A stretch of 64,000 bases of DNA from Octopus vulgaris (lineage: Eukaryota), in assembly GCA_951406725.2 (NCBI GenBank), contig OX597834.1, forward strand, positions 42,966,001 to 43,030,000, written 5' to 3'. Made by a program: the position numbers and the translations under genes. Below, piece by piece: positions 42,490 through 56,099 of the stretch (its first letter is position 1; each line of letters begins with the position of its first letter). The notes under the pieces were generated by a model. It did no database searches. It was not told where the DNA came from and worked only from the letters and a program-made list of their open reading frames with translations.

Positions 42490-43412
42490 CCCATCTTGAG
42501 TTGGAACGTTGAAAATTGTGCCTCTGTTGTTCAAGCGTATTATGAAAGCAATCGATCTGTAATAGATATGCGGCGAGCGTTCCGAAGATGCTTCTCGCTT
42601 GATCCAAATGCATCTTTACCAGATCGGAAACCGATTTGGTATTGCATTTCTCAATTTCAGGCAACTGGATTCACGCCAGTAATGAAATCTCCTAGCAGGT
42701 CTACGACCGTTAGAACTTCAGAAAATTTGGCAGCAGTAAGAGCATCCACTTGCAATAATCAAAGCGTTCCACGCGTAGTCATAGTGTAGTACTAGAGATA
42801 TCAAATCGGAGTTTGTGGCGGATTCGGAATGTCGATTTTAAACTGCATCCTTACAAAATGATGTTGGCTCAAAAATTAACCAGGACACATCATAACAACC
42901 GTAGAGTAGAGACGTCAATGCGAATATTTTTGCACAAGTTCCCGCTCCGTCTGCTCTTCTGAGGACCGATGAGGCTAACTTCCATACTTCCATATCAATG
43001 GAGCCGTAAACAAGCAAAAGTTTTGCTACTGGGCTGAATATGATACTCAGGAATTTCACCAACAACCGCTTCACTCACATCACGTAACTCTTTGGTGTGC
43101 AGTTGCCGATTTTGGTGAGATCGGCCTGTACATTTTTCAAGAAGGTGATGCAACAGTAACTGTTACCTCCCAGCCGGTATGATGAAATGATAGAAGCATC
43201 TCTGTGCTCCAAACTGGACAACTTGGATATACAGAACATATGTGGTTTCAAAAGGATGGAACCACAGATTACACAGCACGACTTTTGCTTATAATGTTCG
43301 GGAAAATGTTTCCTGGACATTTGAACATTTTAAGGGAAAACGTGGAGTGACCGGCAAGATCACCAGATTTAAGCACTTGTGACTTTTTCCTTTGGTGATA
43401 ACTAAAGGAAAG
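42490..43412 (+). mobile_element. Decayed DD41D (rosa/VS-type) Tc1/mariner transposase gene
   Basis: N-terminal HTH region, TDEANFH, WFQKDG...PARSPDLSTCDFFLW; 41 codons counted between the second and third D; stops and frameshifts present. Confidence 0.85.
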
Positions 43413-44637
43413 GTAATGGAAACACCTTAAAATTTCAAACGAATTTTTTGCAATATGGAGTAGGACCGCCTTTGGCAGTAATTACAGCTTGAATTCTACC
43501 AGGTATAATGAACTCGTACAAAGTTTGATTTGTTTCCAAATTCTTCAGCTAAAACACTCTCCAGTTCTTGTAGTGATGATGGTGGAAAATATCGTCTCTT
43601 TATTTGTTTTTCTAAAATGCACCGTAAATGTTTAATAATATTGAGATTTGTGGACTGTGGTGGCCAGATAAGATGTTCAGCTTCACTAGAATGTTCGCCG
43701 ATCCAATTAGTAACAACTTTAGCTGTGGGAATTGGTGCATCATCATCCTGAAACATTACGTTTCCCTCTGGAAACAGTTATGCAATCATAGGATGAATTT
43801 GATCAGATCAAATGCTTAAATAGTCTTGACTATTAATTCTGCCATGAAGGGAAACCATTGGGCCGGTGGTTTTCCAAGATATAGCCACCCAGATCACCAC
43901 AGATCCTACTACGTGTTTAAGTTGGAAGAACGTAGCCTGGGTCAAATGCTTTTTTGGTTGTCTGCTCACTTATACACGGTCAGTGGTTGGAAATTGGGTT
44001 AGGGATGGCTTATCCGAGAAAATAACATTCTTCCACTGCTCTGGAGACCAATTCTGTAGGTTCTTACTCCACTCTAAATGTTTTGCAACGTTTGTTTTTG
44101 AAAATAGTGGTTTTCAGATTGCAGCACTCCCGTGAAATCCGGCTTTGTGCAGCTTGCGGCGAACAATGTTTGCGGAAACTGGATTCTCGAAGGGCTCATC
44201 AAGCTCTGCAGTAATTTTAGAAGCTGTACTTTTGTGATCCTTTCTAACAATTCGCGTAAGAGTCCGACGGTGCCTATCTGAAAGTTTTGGTTTTCTTCCG
44301 GAGTTTGGTTTCGACGAGGAGGTTTCTCCCTCTTTCTCAAAGACTATCGTCACTTTCGAGACAGTACTTCTTGATACACCATATATTTCGGCTATTTTCG
44401 TTATGCTAGCGCCTGCCATACGAGCGTTGAAAGTCCGATAGATCTGTCATTTTAATGAAATTTAATTACCTTTTTTCTGATGATATCTGAAGAGAAACAG
44501 CAATTTTAGCAAAACATAGCAAACAACACTAATAAATCAAAAACATAAAAATAAACAAGCTTTTGACGGTTTTATAGATATTTCAAAATTATGATGCTAT
44601 GATTGTAGGTGTTTCCAATACTTGTTCAACCCCTGTA
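43413..44637 (-). mobile_element. Tc1-type transposon, decayed; DD36 spacing with terminal E replaced by K
   Basis: TA-caggggttgaacaagtattggaaacacct TIR at the 44637 end, partial TIR at 43413-43427; ATG at 44450; GRKPKLS, VIFSD, FQDDDAP...WPPQSTNLNIIK and AVITAKGGPTPY motifs. Confidence 0.9.
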
Positions 44638-45629
44638 TGAATGTAAGGACGATAACAATATCATTGAGATAAAAACTGCTGTTAATAGTGTTAAATCTGC
44701 TAAAAATCCCTTTCAAAACATGGCATCTTCCATCCCATGGATTTGAAATGGCACACTGTCCTGTTTTGCAATTACTAATCCCCAATATAAAGAAGCGTCT
44801 GGGATCGATATAAAAGATGATATATATGTACAGAAAAAAGGAGAAAAAGGGAAAAAAATTTAAGACGTCGGATAATTGGATATTATCATTAAACGCCAAG
44901 TGAATCAGGAATTGACGAAGTGCCAGCTGCGACTTCATGATAGACTATTAAAAATCTATGAGAACTGCCACCGAGAGACGCTCAAAAGTAGACTAATTGC
45001 CTTTAAACACGAACTGCGAGCGATAAGTCAAAAGCTATTGTTATCGGAGGCAATTACAAGAAATTGCGACCATCAACCGCAATTGTGTATTAAATCCACA
45101 AATTGTATATAACTGTAAAATTGCCATATTTTCTAGATTGTAAATGTTTCTCGGTGCGATGCTCCGGAGTCATGCAGAGCCGGGGAAGATATTTAATGAA
45201 AATGTGCGACACAACCTGCGATAAACTTAGGCTACCTGATGTTTGAAAAGTATACAAACTTCTCCTTTTCAAATATAACGGAGTAAGATCGAAACTCATG
45301 ATAGTAATTACAAAACAGAAACGGACATCTTCCGTGTGCGGTCTCATAGTCACTTACTGGTATCAAATAAACGTCCAGGAAAAGGGATTTCGTGAACCAG
45401 TGCAAAATATCCTCAAATACTGAATTAATTCTCTGGCATTCAGATTATTCTGGCAAATGTAATGCTTATTTATTCACATTTCATTGAATCAGGCATGATC
45501 TCGTAGAATTAAACTTTCGATGAAGTTAGAATGTTAGAAATCAGTTCGTTTCACATTGGTGCAAATTTGAAAATGAAGAGCTGAAGGGATACACACACAC
45601 ACATAAACACACACACAGACACACACACA

Positions 45630-45697
<68 letters not shown>

Positions 45698-45807
45698 GCC
45701 TTGTCAGTTTCTTTCCGACATTATTTAAATGAGCATGAAAGATATTTTTCTTATTGAGGTTTGTGTTTTATTAGATTTGTGATCCATTTGCTAATTGTTT
45801 AGAAATC

Positions 45808-46045
45808 CGGACGTTGTGTGTGTTTATTGAGCGAAAACACCTAAAGCCCCACGAGGCTCCGGCAGGTGTGGTGGTGCGACCCCTGTTGCACTGTTTCTCC
45901 CCAACCTTCTCTCACTCTTTCTTCCTGTTTCTTGAGTGATGCTGCAATGGACTGGCGTCCCGTTCAACTGGGGGGAATACATACGCCATAGAAACCGGGA
46001 AACTGGGCCCATGAGACTGGCTAGGCATGAAAAGGGCGCATAAAT
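45808..46045 (+). mobile_element. SINE with family C 5' body and the same tail as 63218-63470
   Basis: tail ctgcaatggactggcgtcccg...cccatgagactggctaggc...aaagggcgca. Confidence 0.8.
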
Positions 46046-46046
46046 A

Positions 46047-46083
<37 letters not shown>

Positions 46084-46526
46084 ATATAATATGATATAAT
46101 ATGTCGATGGATGAATACTGCTCCCTTGAACTAAATATATATCGACCTTCGACCTGATAGATATACTTGTAGCAGTGAGATCTCTTTCTATAACCACTGA
46201 ACAGGGGATATTTAAGTTCCAAGAAACTTAAGGAATTTTTTCCTTACTACATATATATATACGCCGAATAGTCATTTGCAATGTTTTTCTTCATCTTTAC
46301 TTAAAGTTACGTCAGTAGTATTATCCATAAAGTCATGGATATTCCCCCTTTAGTTTTCCATGGAAACTATTAAGGAATTTTAAAAAGCTGACTGTGGCTT
46401 TCACAGCTAATATGCGCAAAGTGGTATCGCTTTAGGTGTGGATTGAAACCCCATCTTCTCTTCGATGCCTGCGACATTCTCATCAGAAAGATTGCAATAC
46501 AAATTTGTTAATGACTACTGCTAATA

Positions 46527-46742
46527 TTCTTTTCTACTCTAGGAATAAGGCCTGAAATTTTGAGGAAGAGGACCCGTCAATTAGATCGGCTCCAGTACGC
46601 AACTGGTACTTAATTTATCGAGCTCGAAGGGATGAAATGTAAAGTTGGCCTCGGCGGAAATTGAACTCAGAACGTAGAGACAGACGAAATACCGGTAAGC
46701 ATTTCGCCGGGCGTGCTAACGTTTCTGCCAGCTCACCGCTTT
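46527..46742 (-). mobile_element. Monomeric SINE family A
   Basis: complete head-to-tail copy; flanking tgctaata direct repeat (46519-46526 / 46749-46756). Confidence 0.9.
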
Positions 46743-47007
46743 AGCCATTGCTAATAAGGAAAACAGAATTTCAATATAAACTTCCGCTTTAGCCACATAC
46801 CAGCACAGGCACAAATATACACAATACACACACTCAAACATATCTAAGGCACACATGATTGCATATACTTATGCATTTCTAAGAATATGCACATATATAT
46901 GCATGCATTCTGCAGGTATGTATTTATGTATGTGTATATGTATGTATATATGTATGTATGTACCTATTTATCTATGTATATCCAATAATGTATATGTATA
47001 CACACAC

Positions 47008-47057
<50 letters not shown>

Positions 47058-47190
47058 TATAATATATTATATAATATAAGATATCGTTTGTATATTTGCG
47101 CATACCATTGTATAGATGCATGTACGCGCCTATGTATGCAGATATGTATGTGTATAAGTTATATATGTCTGTGTGTGTCTGCATATATTT

Positions 47191-47242
<52 letters not shown>

Positions 47243-47367
47243 TCTAATTTAACAACTGAAGGTCCTTACTTTCAGCCATCATGATAAAAGTATACAGTAA
47301 CTTTTCTAACTTAATTTCCGTTTATTTATTGCTTCGCAAAGTCTCCGGTGAAGCAACACTATATATC

Positions 47368-47670
<303 letters not shown>

Positions 47671-48450
47671 ACATAACACATATATACATAGAATGTCACC
47701 TAACATCCAGCCATGACACACTCGTCTTTATCCATATCCTCTCACATACTCTCGACATGCGACCAATTGTCAGAGCAAGTTTCAGATGGCATTCCCAGCT
47801 GAGTACTTCTTCCGACATCCAACCAATCTTAAGTCGTGCAGTTTGATTCGAGTTGCATGCAGAACTTGTTAAAAGCCTCTGGCGCGATCACTAATTCAAA
47901 AGTGTCCTTCTTTCTTTCCCCCCACCTCCCACTATGCGCTCATACATCCACTCTGTGTATGTATTTGTACGTGTGTGTGTGAGTGTGTGTACGTTTCCCT
48001 TTCTATCTTCCCTTTGCAATGCGTCTCCCTTTCTTCTGTGATACTAACTCTGCCTCTCTCTCGTTCACGATTGCTATTACAGACTCAAATTTCCTTCCAT
48101 CTCTTCTTGCTGCTTTGGTGCTTTTAATAAGAACCGTTCAATTCCGTCCATTAAATGATACTTCGTTGTCTTTCAGAGCAGCTTCACTTTAAACTTTTGA
48201 CAAAGGGCCATTACTTTTATGAGTTAAGAATTAGCAAAGCTGACACTTCCAAGTTACGTATATTGCAAATCCTTGTCGATTCAGCTGGATAAACCTATTG
48301 AAACGCCATTACATCTGATTACTGCATAGAGAAGCCTACACCTAAATCTATATACCTATATAAAACAACAGTGCCGTATATACACACTTATCTGTATACA
48401 TTTATATGTGTATAGGTATACACACACACACACACACACATATGTATGTA

Positions 48451-48543
<93 letters not shown>

Positions 48544-48652
48544 ATGTATGTATATATATATAATTATATATTATGTGTGGTTGTAATCATTGTGTATATT
48601 TCAATGAATTTGTATTTGCGTATGAATTAGTGTGCGCTTGCGTTAATGGAAG

Positions 48653-48725
<73 letters not shown>

Positions 48726-49317
48726 GTTGAGTTTGCGTGTGTTTGTGCATGTGTGTTTTTGTGCATGTGTCTGTGTGTTGCTATGTGTGTGTTACGTGCT
48801 CCAAGCCTCAACGTTGTGGGCATCTAATTAAATATTGAATTGTAATTCTACTTAGAATTAAACAAATGGAAACTGATATTTGGAACCATAGACCAAGAAC
48901 ATTTATGTTGATTCACTGCAGCTTTGACAGTGAAAGCCTCTTCTTTTCCTCCTTGTCTTCCTTCACGGTGATGCTGGTGCTGCTGTTGACGTCATCATCA
49001 ACATTACCATCCTCCTTATCATATAGATCATCTTCGCCGTTCTCACTTTTTCCTCTTCGTTGTTTGGGTACAACGTCAGGAATTTGAGCAAGCGGAGGTT
49101 CGTCGATGCTATTCACTCGCACAACCAGATTGGTGCTTTATTTTATTGACCTCCACCAAAAGAAGAAACGCTTATTTTAACTCTGCAGGTTTTTGAAACC
49201 AGAAGGAAAACGCGAATTATACAGAGTAAGGCCTTTTTGGCTGGCGTTTAAGCGCCGAGCTGAATCGAACCAACTAACAGCTGCATCTGCAGCAGCAAGA
49301 AGAACAACAACAGCAGT

Positions 49318-49468
49318 GGGGGTGCAATGGCCCAGTGGTTAGGGCAGCGGACTCACGGTCGTAAGAACGTGCTTTCGATTCCCACACCGGGCATGGTGAG
49401 TGTTTATTGAGCAAAAAAACCTAAGCTCCACGAGGCTCCGGCTGGTTGGGGGTGAACCCCGCTGTACT
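49318..49468 (+). mobile_element. SINE family C head fragment
   Basis: gcaatggcccagtggttagggcagcggactc... Confidence 0.85.
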
Positions 49469-49907
49469 GATAATAAAAATAAGAAACAAGTGGAAATTTT
49501 ACCTGTGATTGTGTTAAATTATAAGGCACAAAAAGAAAATGACTCTCCGCAGACACAACATTTCTAAAAACGTTCAACATTAAAAAGGATGGCTTTGGTT
49601 AACAAATATACTCAGTGGGGAACAAGTAATCATTAACCTGGGATGTTAACTACATTTCTTGTTAGCTATTTTTTTTTATCTATACATGTACTACTCAATG
49701 CCTTTAGAGGAATAATTGTATATATGTTATAATGTTTAAATTAAACAGCTGCTACGGATAATTATGTATCTTTTCAACTCGCTAATTTAGTTATTTGCTA
49801 TTGTTATGTCGATAATTAATACACTTTTGTTATTTTTGTAATAGAAATTGAGGTTGATTTTATCATGCGCTATCAGGTGGGTTTGTCTTTATTAATGAGC
49901 TGAATAC

Positions 49908-50331
49908 GAGGTGAGTTGGCAGAATTATTAGCAGGCCGGTCAAAAGACTGAGCGACATTATGTCCGTCGTAACTTCCTAAGTTCAAACTCCACCAGAGTC
50001 GACTTTCCATTCCATCCTTTAGGAGGTGATAAAATAAGTACCAGTTGTACACTGGGTCGGTGTGATCGACTTATCACCGCACGAGAAACTGCTGGCCTTG
50101 TGCTAAAATTTAAAACCTTGTTTGTCCTCTCTGTGTTTAGCCCCTTGTAGGTAGTAAAGAAATAGGTATATCGTCTGTCTTTATGTTCTGAGTTCAAGTT
50201 CCGCCGAGGTCGACTTAGCCTTTCATCCTTTCGTGGTCGATAAATTAAATACCAGTTGCGTACGGGGATCAATCTAATCGACTGGCTCCTTTCCTAAAAA
50301 TTTCGGGCCTTGTACCTAAAGTAGAAAAGGA
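49908..50331 (+). mobile_element. SINE family A composite (older monomer plus younger 3' unit)
   Basis: two cores; tail gggccttgtacctaaagtagaaaag. Confidence 0.85.
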
Positions 50332-51204
50332 TATTTGTTATATCTTCTATTTCCATAATCCTTTCTTGGCGATGAGGTAATTATAATGCTATTCCCTTTC
50401 TCTTATACGAACACTACATAACGATGTGTAAGAGCACGAAAGACTGAAGGATTAAAAGAATATAGGAATGAAATAGTGGACGGTGTGAGAGAAAGACGGA
50501 TGCAAATAATGTTGAAAGTATGGCGATGCTATATACGATTGATGTTATATTTGTGGAGTTATATTTGTGAGACGCCTTCATATAATTACGCTGCTTTATA
50601 GAACCCACATAAATTTATACAATTGGACAAAGCTAATTTCTTCATAGATAATTCTTCAGTTACAGCTGAACTGGTATATTCATCGCTTCCAGCACATTCT
50701 CTATAAACATAGTTCAACTGTTTATAATTATATGACGGGCGACGAGTTTATAATGGAATGATAGTATTTAGTAAGCGTTAATTTATATTTCTCGCTGTAG
50801 TTGCATGTTGCACACACAGAAATTGACGACGTCAATTATACTTTGGCAACCATGGATATGATCACACGGAAGTCACCATTGATATCTGTGCATCCGCAGC
50901 TAATTAATTCCTAATCAAATTCATTCATTTGGTGTCACCTGCTGTCAGCTGGTTCAATATCAAGGATCCCCATTCGGGAATTTTCCCGACCATTCTGAAA
51001 CATTCACCATTTGATAGTTAGATCTCGTCCTCGATGTTATCAAAATAGTTTCGCCCACTTCATCCTCTCATGTGTTAGCTTTTTCCCTTTTTCCTTCTAG
51101 TTCTATTCTTTGGTAACCATGACCTCTTATTATGCGACTATAGTAATTTAGCATCTTTGGTTTGTTAATTGGGAGCAACGATCAGTTTGTATTTGCTAGC
51201 TGTA

Positions 51205-51308
51205 GCAAAGTCGACCTCGGCGGAATTTGAACTCAGAACGTAGCAGCAGACGAAGTATCGCTAAGGACCTCGCCCGGCGTGCTAACGATTCTGCCAACTC
51301 GCCGCCTT
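51205..51308 (-). mobile_element. SINE family A 5' fragment
   Basis: gcaaagtcgacctcggcggaatttgaactcagaacg. Confidence 0.85.
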
Positions 51309-51479
51309 TCCAGCGTTACTTTATCAAAGCTGTTATAAGCACAAATCTATTCTATACTTGTTTCTCTTGTCATGTTTTTGAATTTGTGCATCGATATATC
51401 TATTATCGAATGTGAATAGATAAGACTACAATATTTATTCTTGGTTGTATTCGATAAAGTACATCAGTCTCTAATGTAT

Positions 51480-54400
51480 CAAAAGCTTCAAGAGCGGGGG
51501 ACTTAATTTGAGTGTGATATGGCGATTAACAACAAGAGTTGGAGTGAAGCTTAGAGCCTTCCGTAAGAGCGTTATGAGTCGTAGATGTCTGTAGATATTT
51601 GACTGTTATTTGTACAAATCTTATAGCATCATAAGAGCTTTGTGCAATGAGAGCTAATTAATGTGAGCTAGTGAAAATAAATTGATTGTTTTGAGTACTG
51701 TTTAAACGAGGGCTACACTAATGAGGTATATTGCATAAGCTATACTATAACGTGGAATAATGCAATTTGAAGTGGCGTAGAAATAGGTGAGATATATGGG
51801 AGCTATTACAGCGATTTATTAGAATGGGAGATAATGTAATCAGAGTCAGCGTAATTGTAAAATAAGCTATTGCAATGTGTTAAGTTAATGAGAAATACTC
51901 CGAGTAAATTTAGTGCAACGAATGGTACTGCTATGAGATGGGAGGCCTTGTAGTTAATGTTACTGTAATAATGTTAATTGAAATAAAACAAAAAGCAAAA
52001 AAAACAGTAATTTTGATAGCTACTCTAATGAAAGTTTTTCAGCCTAATGAATTCTAGTGAATAATATTTTTTTCTACATTAGTCACAAGGCCTGAAATGT
52101 TTGGGGAGGAGACCAGTCGATTCTTGTTACCATTTTCACCCTCCGCACAAAATCCCAAATTTTATTTAATTTGCTTTGCGGGAAGGACTGTTTCAACGAA
52201 GTCACGTCTTGTCCTTACCTTCGAAAGCGGAGTAGACGAAACAGGGACAATTGAAGAAGGGGAATATTCTTTATGTTTTTGTCTCATTTTTCTGTTTATT
52301 GTTTTCGTTGTTTGTAAAAAAGGGGTCGTTTCTATGTTTTTGTTTTTATGTTTTCATTTCTCATTGTGTTTAATGTTTTTTTATGTCCTGTACCCATACA
52401 TGCATGTATATATACATATTTATGTAGGTATGTACATATATGTATGTATATACGCATATATTTATATATCATTCATATTATTTTGTATTGTTATTATTAT
52501 ATTATTATGTAAGAAATATTATAAGAAGTTTGTAATAAAAGTTATTTTAATGTGTCGTATTACAAATATATAAACTGTAGTGGATGCTATTCGTTTGGCG
52601 TGTATTGTAAGAAGTTCCATTATCGAGAGCGATGATGCAATGTTGGTTATTTAATAAGAGTTAATACAATGATATTGTATTATGTGGTATTTTATCTTGA
52701 GATATTGCCGTAAGAATTGGTTTAATGAAAGTTATTTTAATAATCGCTATTCTAATTGTAATTATCACCATCGCGAGAAGGCCTGTGATGAGAGTTATTG
52801 CAATTTGCGATCTTACGATGAGAATGAATTACAAACAGAGCGCTAATTGTGAGAATAAATAGTAATGAAAACGAGTTGGAATCAGTGTGTAAATATAGAG
52901 AACTAATATGCACGAACTACGAGAATGAGGCGCGAAAGAGAGTTATTGTAAAGTGAAATTATTTTAATCATAACTAGTCTATGGGTGATGTTAAAGTAAT
53001 GATAACCAGTGTAATGGTGGCCATTGCAATGACTCTTAGTGTTGAAATATCATTGAAAGGGGAGTTGTTGGAATAAATGTTATCGTAAGAGGATTTTGTA
53101 ATGAAAGATGTACTAATAGTGTTTATATGTGTTGATGTATTGCGGATTATTGTAATGATACCAAGTGTAATAAAACAGTTATTTAGTGAAATTTATTACA
53201 ATGTGTTATCGCAATGATTAAGATTGTAGGGAGAGCTGTGTATCTGAGAAATCATGGAGTGAAACTTATGGTAATGATAATTTATATAATGAGAACATCA
53301 TGAAAGGATTTATTGGGAGAAGAAAATTGGAATGAGACAACGTTTAATTAGAGTCATTTAATTCGGAATTCTTTTTGCAAGAGCTTAAGTATAAGAGGTA
53401 TTTTAAAGACGTCTCCTGTGATGACAATTATTATAACATGAGTTATTGTAATGAGAGCGCTGCGCACTGAGAGCTAATTAGTGCGAGCTAGTGAAAATAA
53501 ATTGATCCGAGTGCTGTTTACACGAGACCCACTGTAATGAGATATTTTGCATAAGCGATATTGTAATGAGGGATATTGCAAGTTGAAATATTATAATGTA
53601 AGTTATAATCATGTGAGGTTTATAATGAACATTATTATAATTGATTATTAAAATGAGAGCCGTTGCGTGAACAGCTGTCGTTTATGAGAATACATGCAAT
53701 CGGAAATACTGTGTTCAAGATTAAATACTCATTATCAATATTAAAAATAACCTTAACAGATCTGAAATTATGGGGGAAGGAGCCAGTCTATTAGATCGAT
53801 CCAGTACACAACTGGTACTTGATTTATCAAACCCGAAAGGATGGAAGGCAAAGTCGACTGCAGCGGAATTTGAATTCAGAACCTAGCAACAGACGAAATA
53901 CAGCTAAGCATTTCGCCCGATGTGTTAAACGATTCTGCAAGCAACGCATTAACTAATGGTTTCTGCTCTAGGCACAAGGCGCAAAACTTTTTGGAGCGGG
54001 TGGGGCCAGTTGATTTGATCGACTCCCTTACGCATCTGGTACTTAATTTATCGACCCCGAAAGCATGAAATGCAAAGTCGACCTCCGGGGAATTTGAACT
54101 CACAACGTAACGGCACACGAAATATGGCTACGCATTTCGCCCAGCGTGCTAACGTTTCTCCCAGTGCGCCGCTTTTTTTACTCGGCGTGGTAACGTTTCT
54201 GCCAGTGCGCCGCCTTTTTCGGTCCGAGGCTATAGTAGAAGTCACTTGGTTAAGATGTCACGCAGTGAGACTGAACCCGGAACCATGTGGTTGGGAAGCA
54301 AACTTTTTACCACGCAGCCATTGATAGATAGATAAATAGATAGATAGGTAGATATACATATACCTACATACATTTACAAATATACATAGACGCATATGCA

Positions 54401-55780
54401 CGCACATACAAACAAGCACACGCATATACACAATGCAGTTATATACTAGTTATTATAAATTATATATTGGTTATTATCAGTTATTAAGAATGGGGGTTGT
54501 TATAAGGCCTTCACAACATAATAATTACGCGTATTACTATAAGGCCAATGGTAATATGTGAGATTCTAATGGCTTATACTGAATAGAAAGATATTGGAAC
54601 GATATTTACTACAACAATAGCCAGTAAGTGAAAGATATATCATTAGGGTGTGTGATATTGTATAATAACAGCTATTTTAAATTTACTGTAATCTGTGTGA
54701 TTTTCGGATAAAACCAGGCATATGAAAGTTATTGCAGGCTGTGTTAAGGAGAAATATTGTAACGTGAGGTAATTTAAAAAGAGTTATTAGATGATGTGAG
54801 TTATTGCATTATAAGTTAGACAGTATGAAACATATTGTATTGATATTAATACTTATTAGAGTTATTGTACAAACAAGCTACTCTAGTGAATGATATCGCT
54901 ATTTTAATGGCAGATATTGCAATATTATTAAAATAAAAATCGCTCTGTTATTATATCGTTTACGGAAAACTATTATAATGAGAATTGTTGTTATAACAGG
55001 TATTGTAGTTTCGGTTATTATATGTTGCGATTTTGTAGAGAATTATAGTGTAAATAAATGCAATTTTCATGACATATATTCACAACGAATATCATTGCAA
55101 TAACAAATGTTTTAATGGAAATTATGTTGAGATATATCATAATGAATGATTGCTGTTATAATCAAAATTATTGTAGTGAGTGACATTTAAATAAGTACAA
55201 TTTTAATGGCAGATATTCCAGTAGTATTGAAATGAAAGTTGTTTGATGGGAAATAATTAAATGATACCTATTGGTAGTGAACGCGGGTGTAATAATACTT
55301 TCTATAATCAAATCTAACATAAGCAGCAATTGGAATGAGTGTTATTATAAGTACGGGCAATTTTAATGACAATTTTCAATATCATAGCAATGACAGTGGT
55401 TATAATGGGAAATACGCTAATGAAAACTGTTATAATTGTTATTATAATGAGGGATTTAATTGGTTGAATGATATAGTAATGCGGTTTATTTTTTATAAAC
55501 GCTATTGTTATAACAGTATATTTTCAAATGAAAGATATTGCATTGAATTCCATTGCATTGTGTCTTAGGTAAAATGGATTATTGTATTGGGTATTATAGT
55601 AATTAGAGCTATTGTAATGAGAGGTGTCGTAGATAAAAATCGTTACAATGAGAGTTACTGTAGCGGGTACTATTAATGACATATTCTATAACAGCGGCTA
55701 TTAGTTCTACGATGGTTATTGTGTGAACATCAATTTTATTCAGAAACGCTTCTGTAAAATTTATTTAAATTCGAGATATT
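51480..55780. repeat. Highly degenerate ~16-17-bp minisatellite field (consensus about GAGTTATTGTAATGAGA), interrupted by SINEs
   Basis: recurrent (g/c)(t/a)tattgtaatg variants, all on the same strand; internal ~125-bp duplication at 51648-51771 / 53468-53587. Confidence 0.7.
53762..54320 (-). mobile_element. Two tandem SINE A copies plus a SINE B 5' fragment
   Basis: A cores at ~53790-53940 and ~54010-54170; B fragment at 54220-54320. Confidence 0.85.
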
Positions 55781-56099
55781 TGAACGAGGACTATTCGAAA
55801 ATAATCCATCTAATCTAATAATCCTACAAATGAACTAACAATATTGCACCAACATATAGGTTATGTCGCAGTTGTTTACGAATATAATCTAAAAAGTAGA
55901 TCATCAAATATAAATTAAGTCAACTTGAGACTAAAATCATTCTAAATCTATTTAAACCAACCTCAGGGCCAGCTTCTTGTATCAAAATAGATTTGATATA
56001 AGGAAGTAAGAAAAGATAAGTATTTTTCCTCAAATTAATTATTAATATGAAATCGAGTGATGGAATCTAACAAAATTATGTTTTAAAACATTAACAACA

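Noticed and set aside
48913-49122. Acidic ORF MRVNSIDEPP...
   Set aside because: Low-complexity, probably a decayed trinucleotide repeat, with no convincing splice signals or domain.
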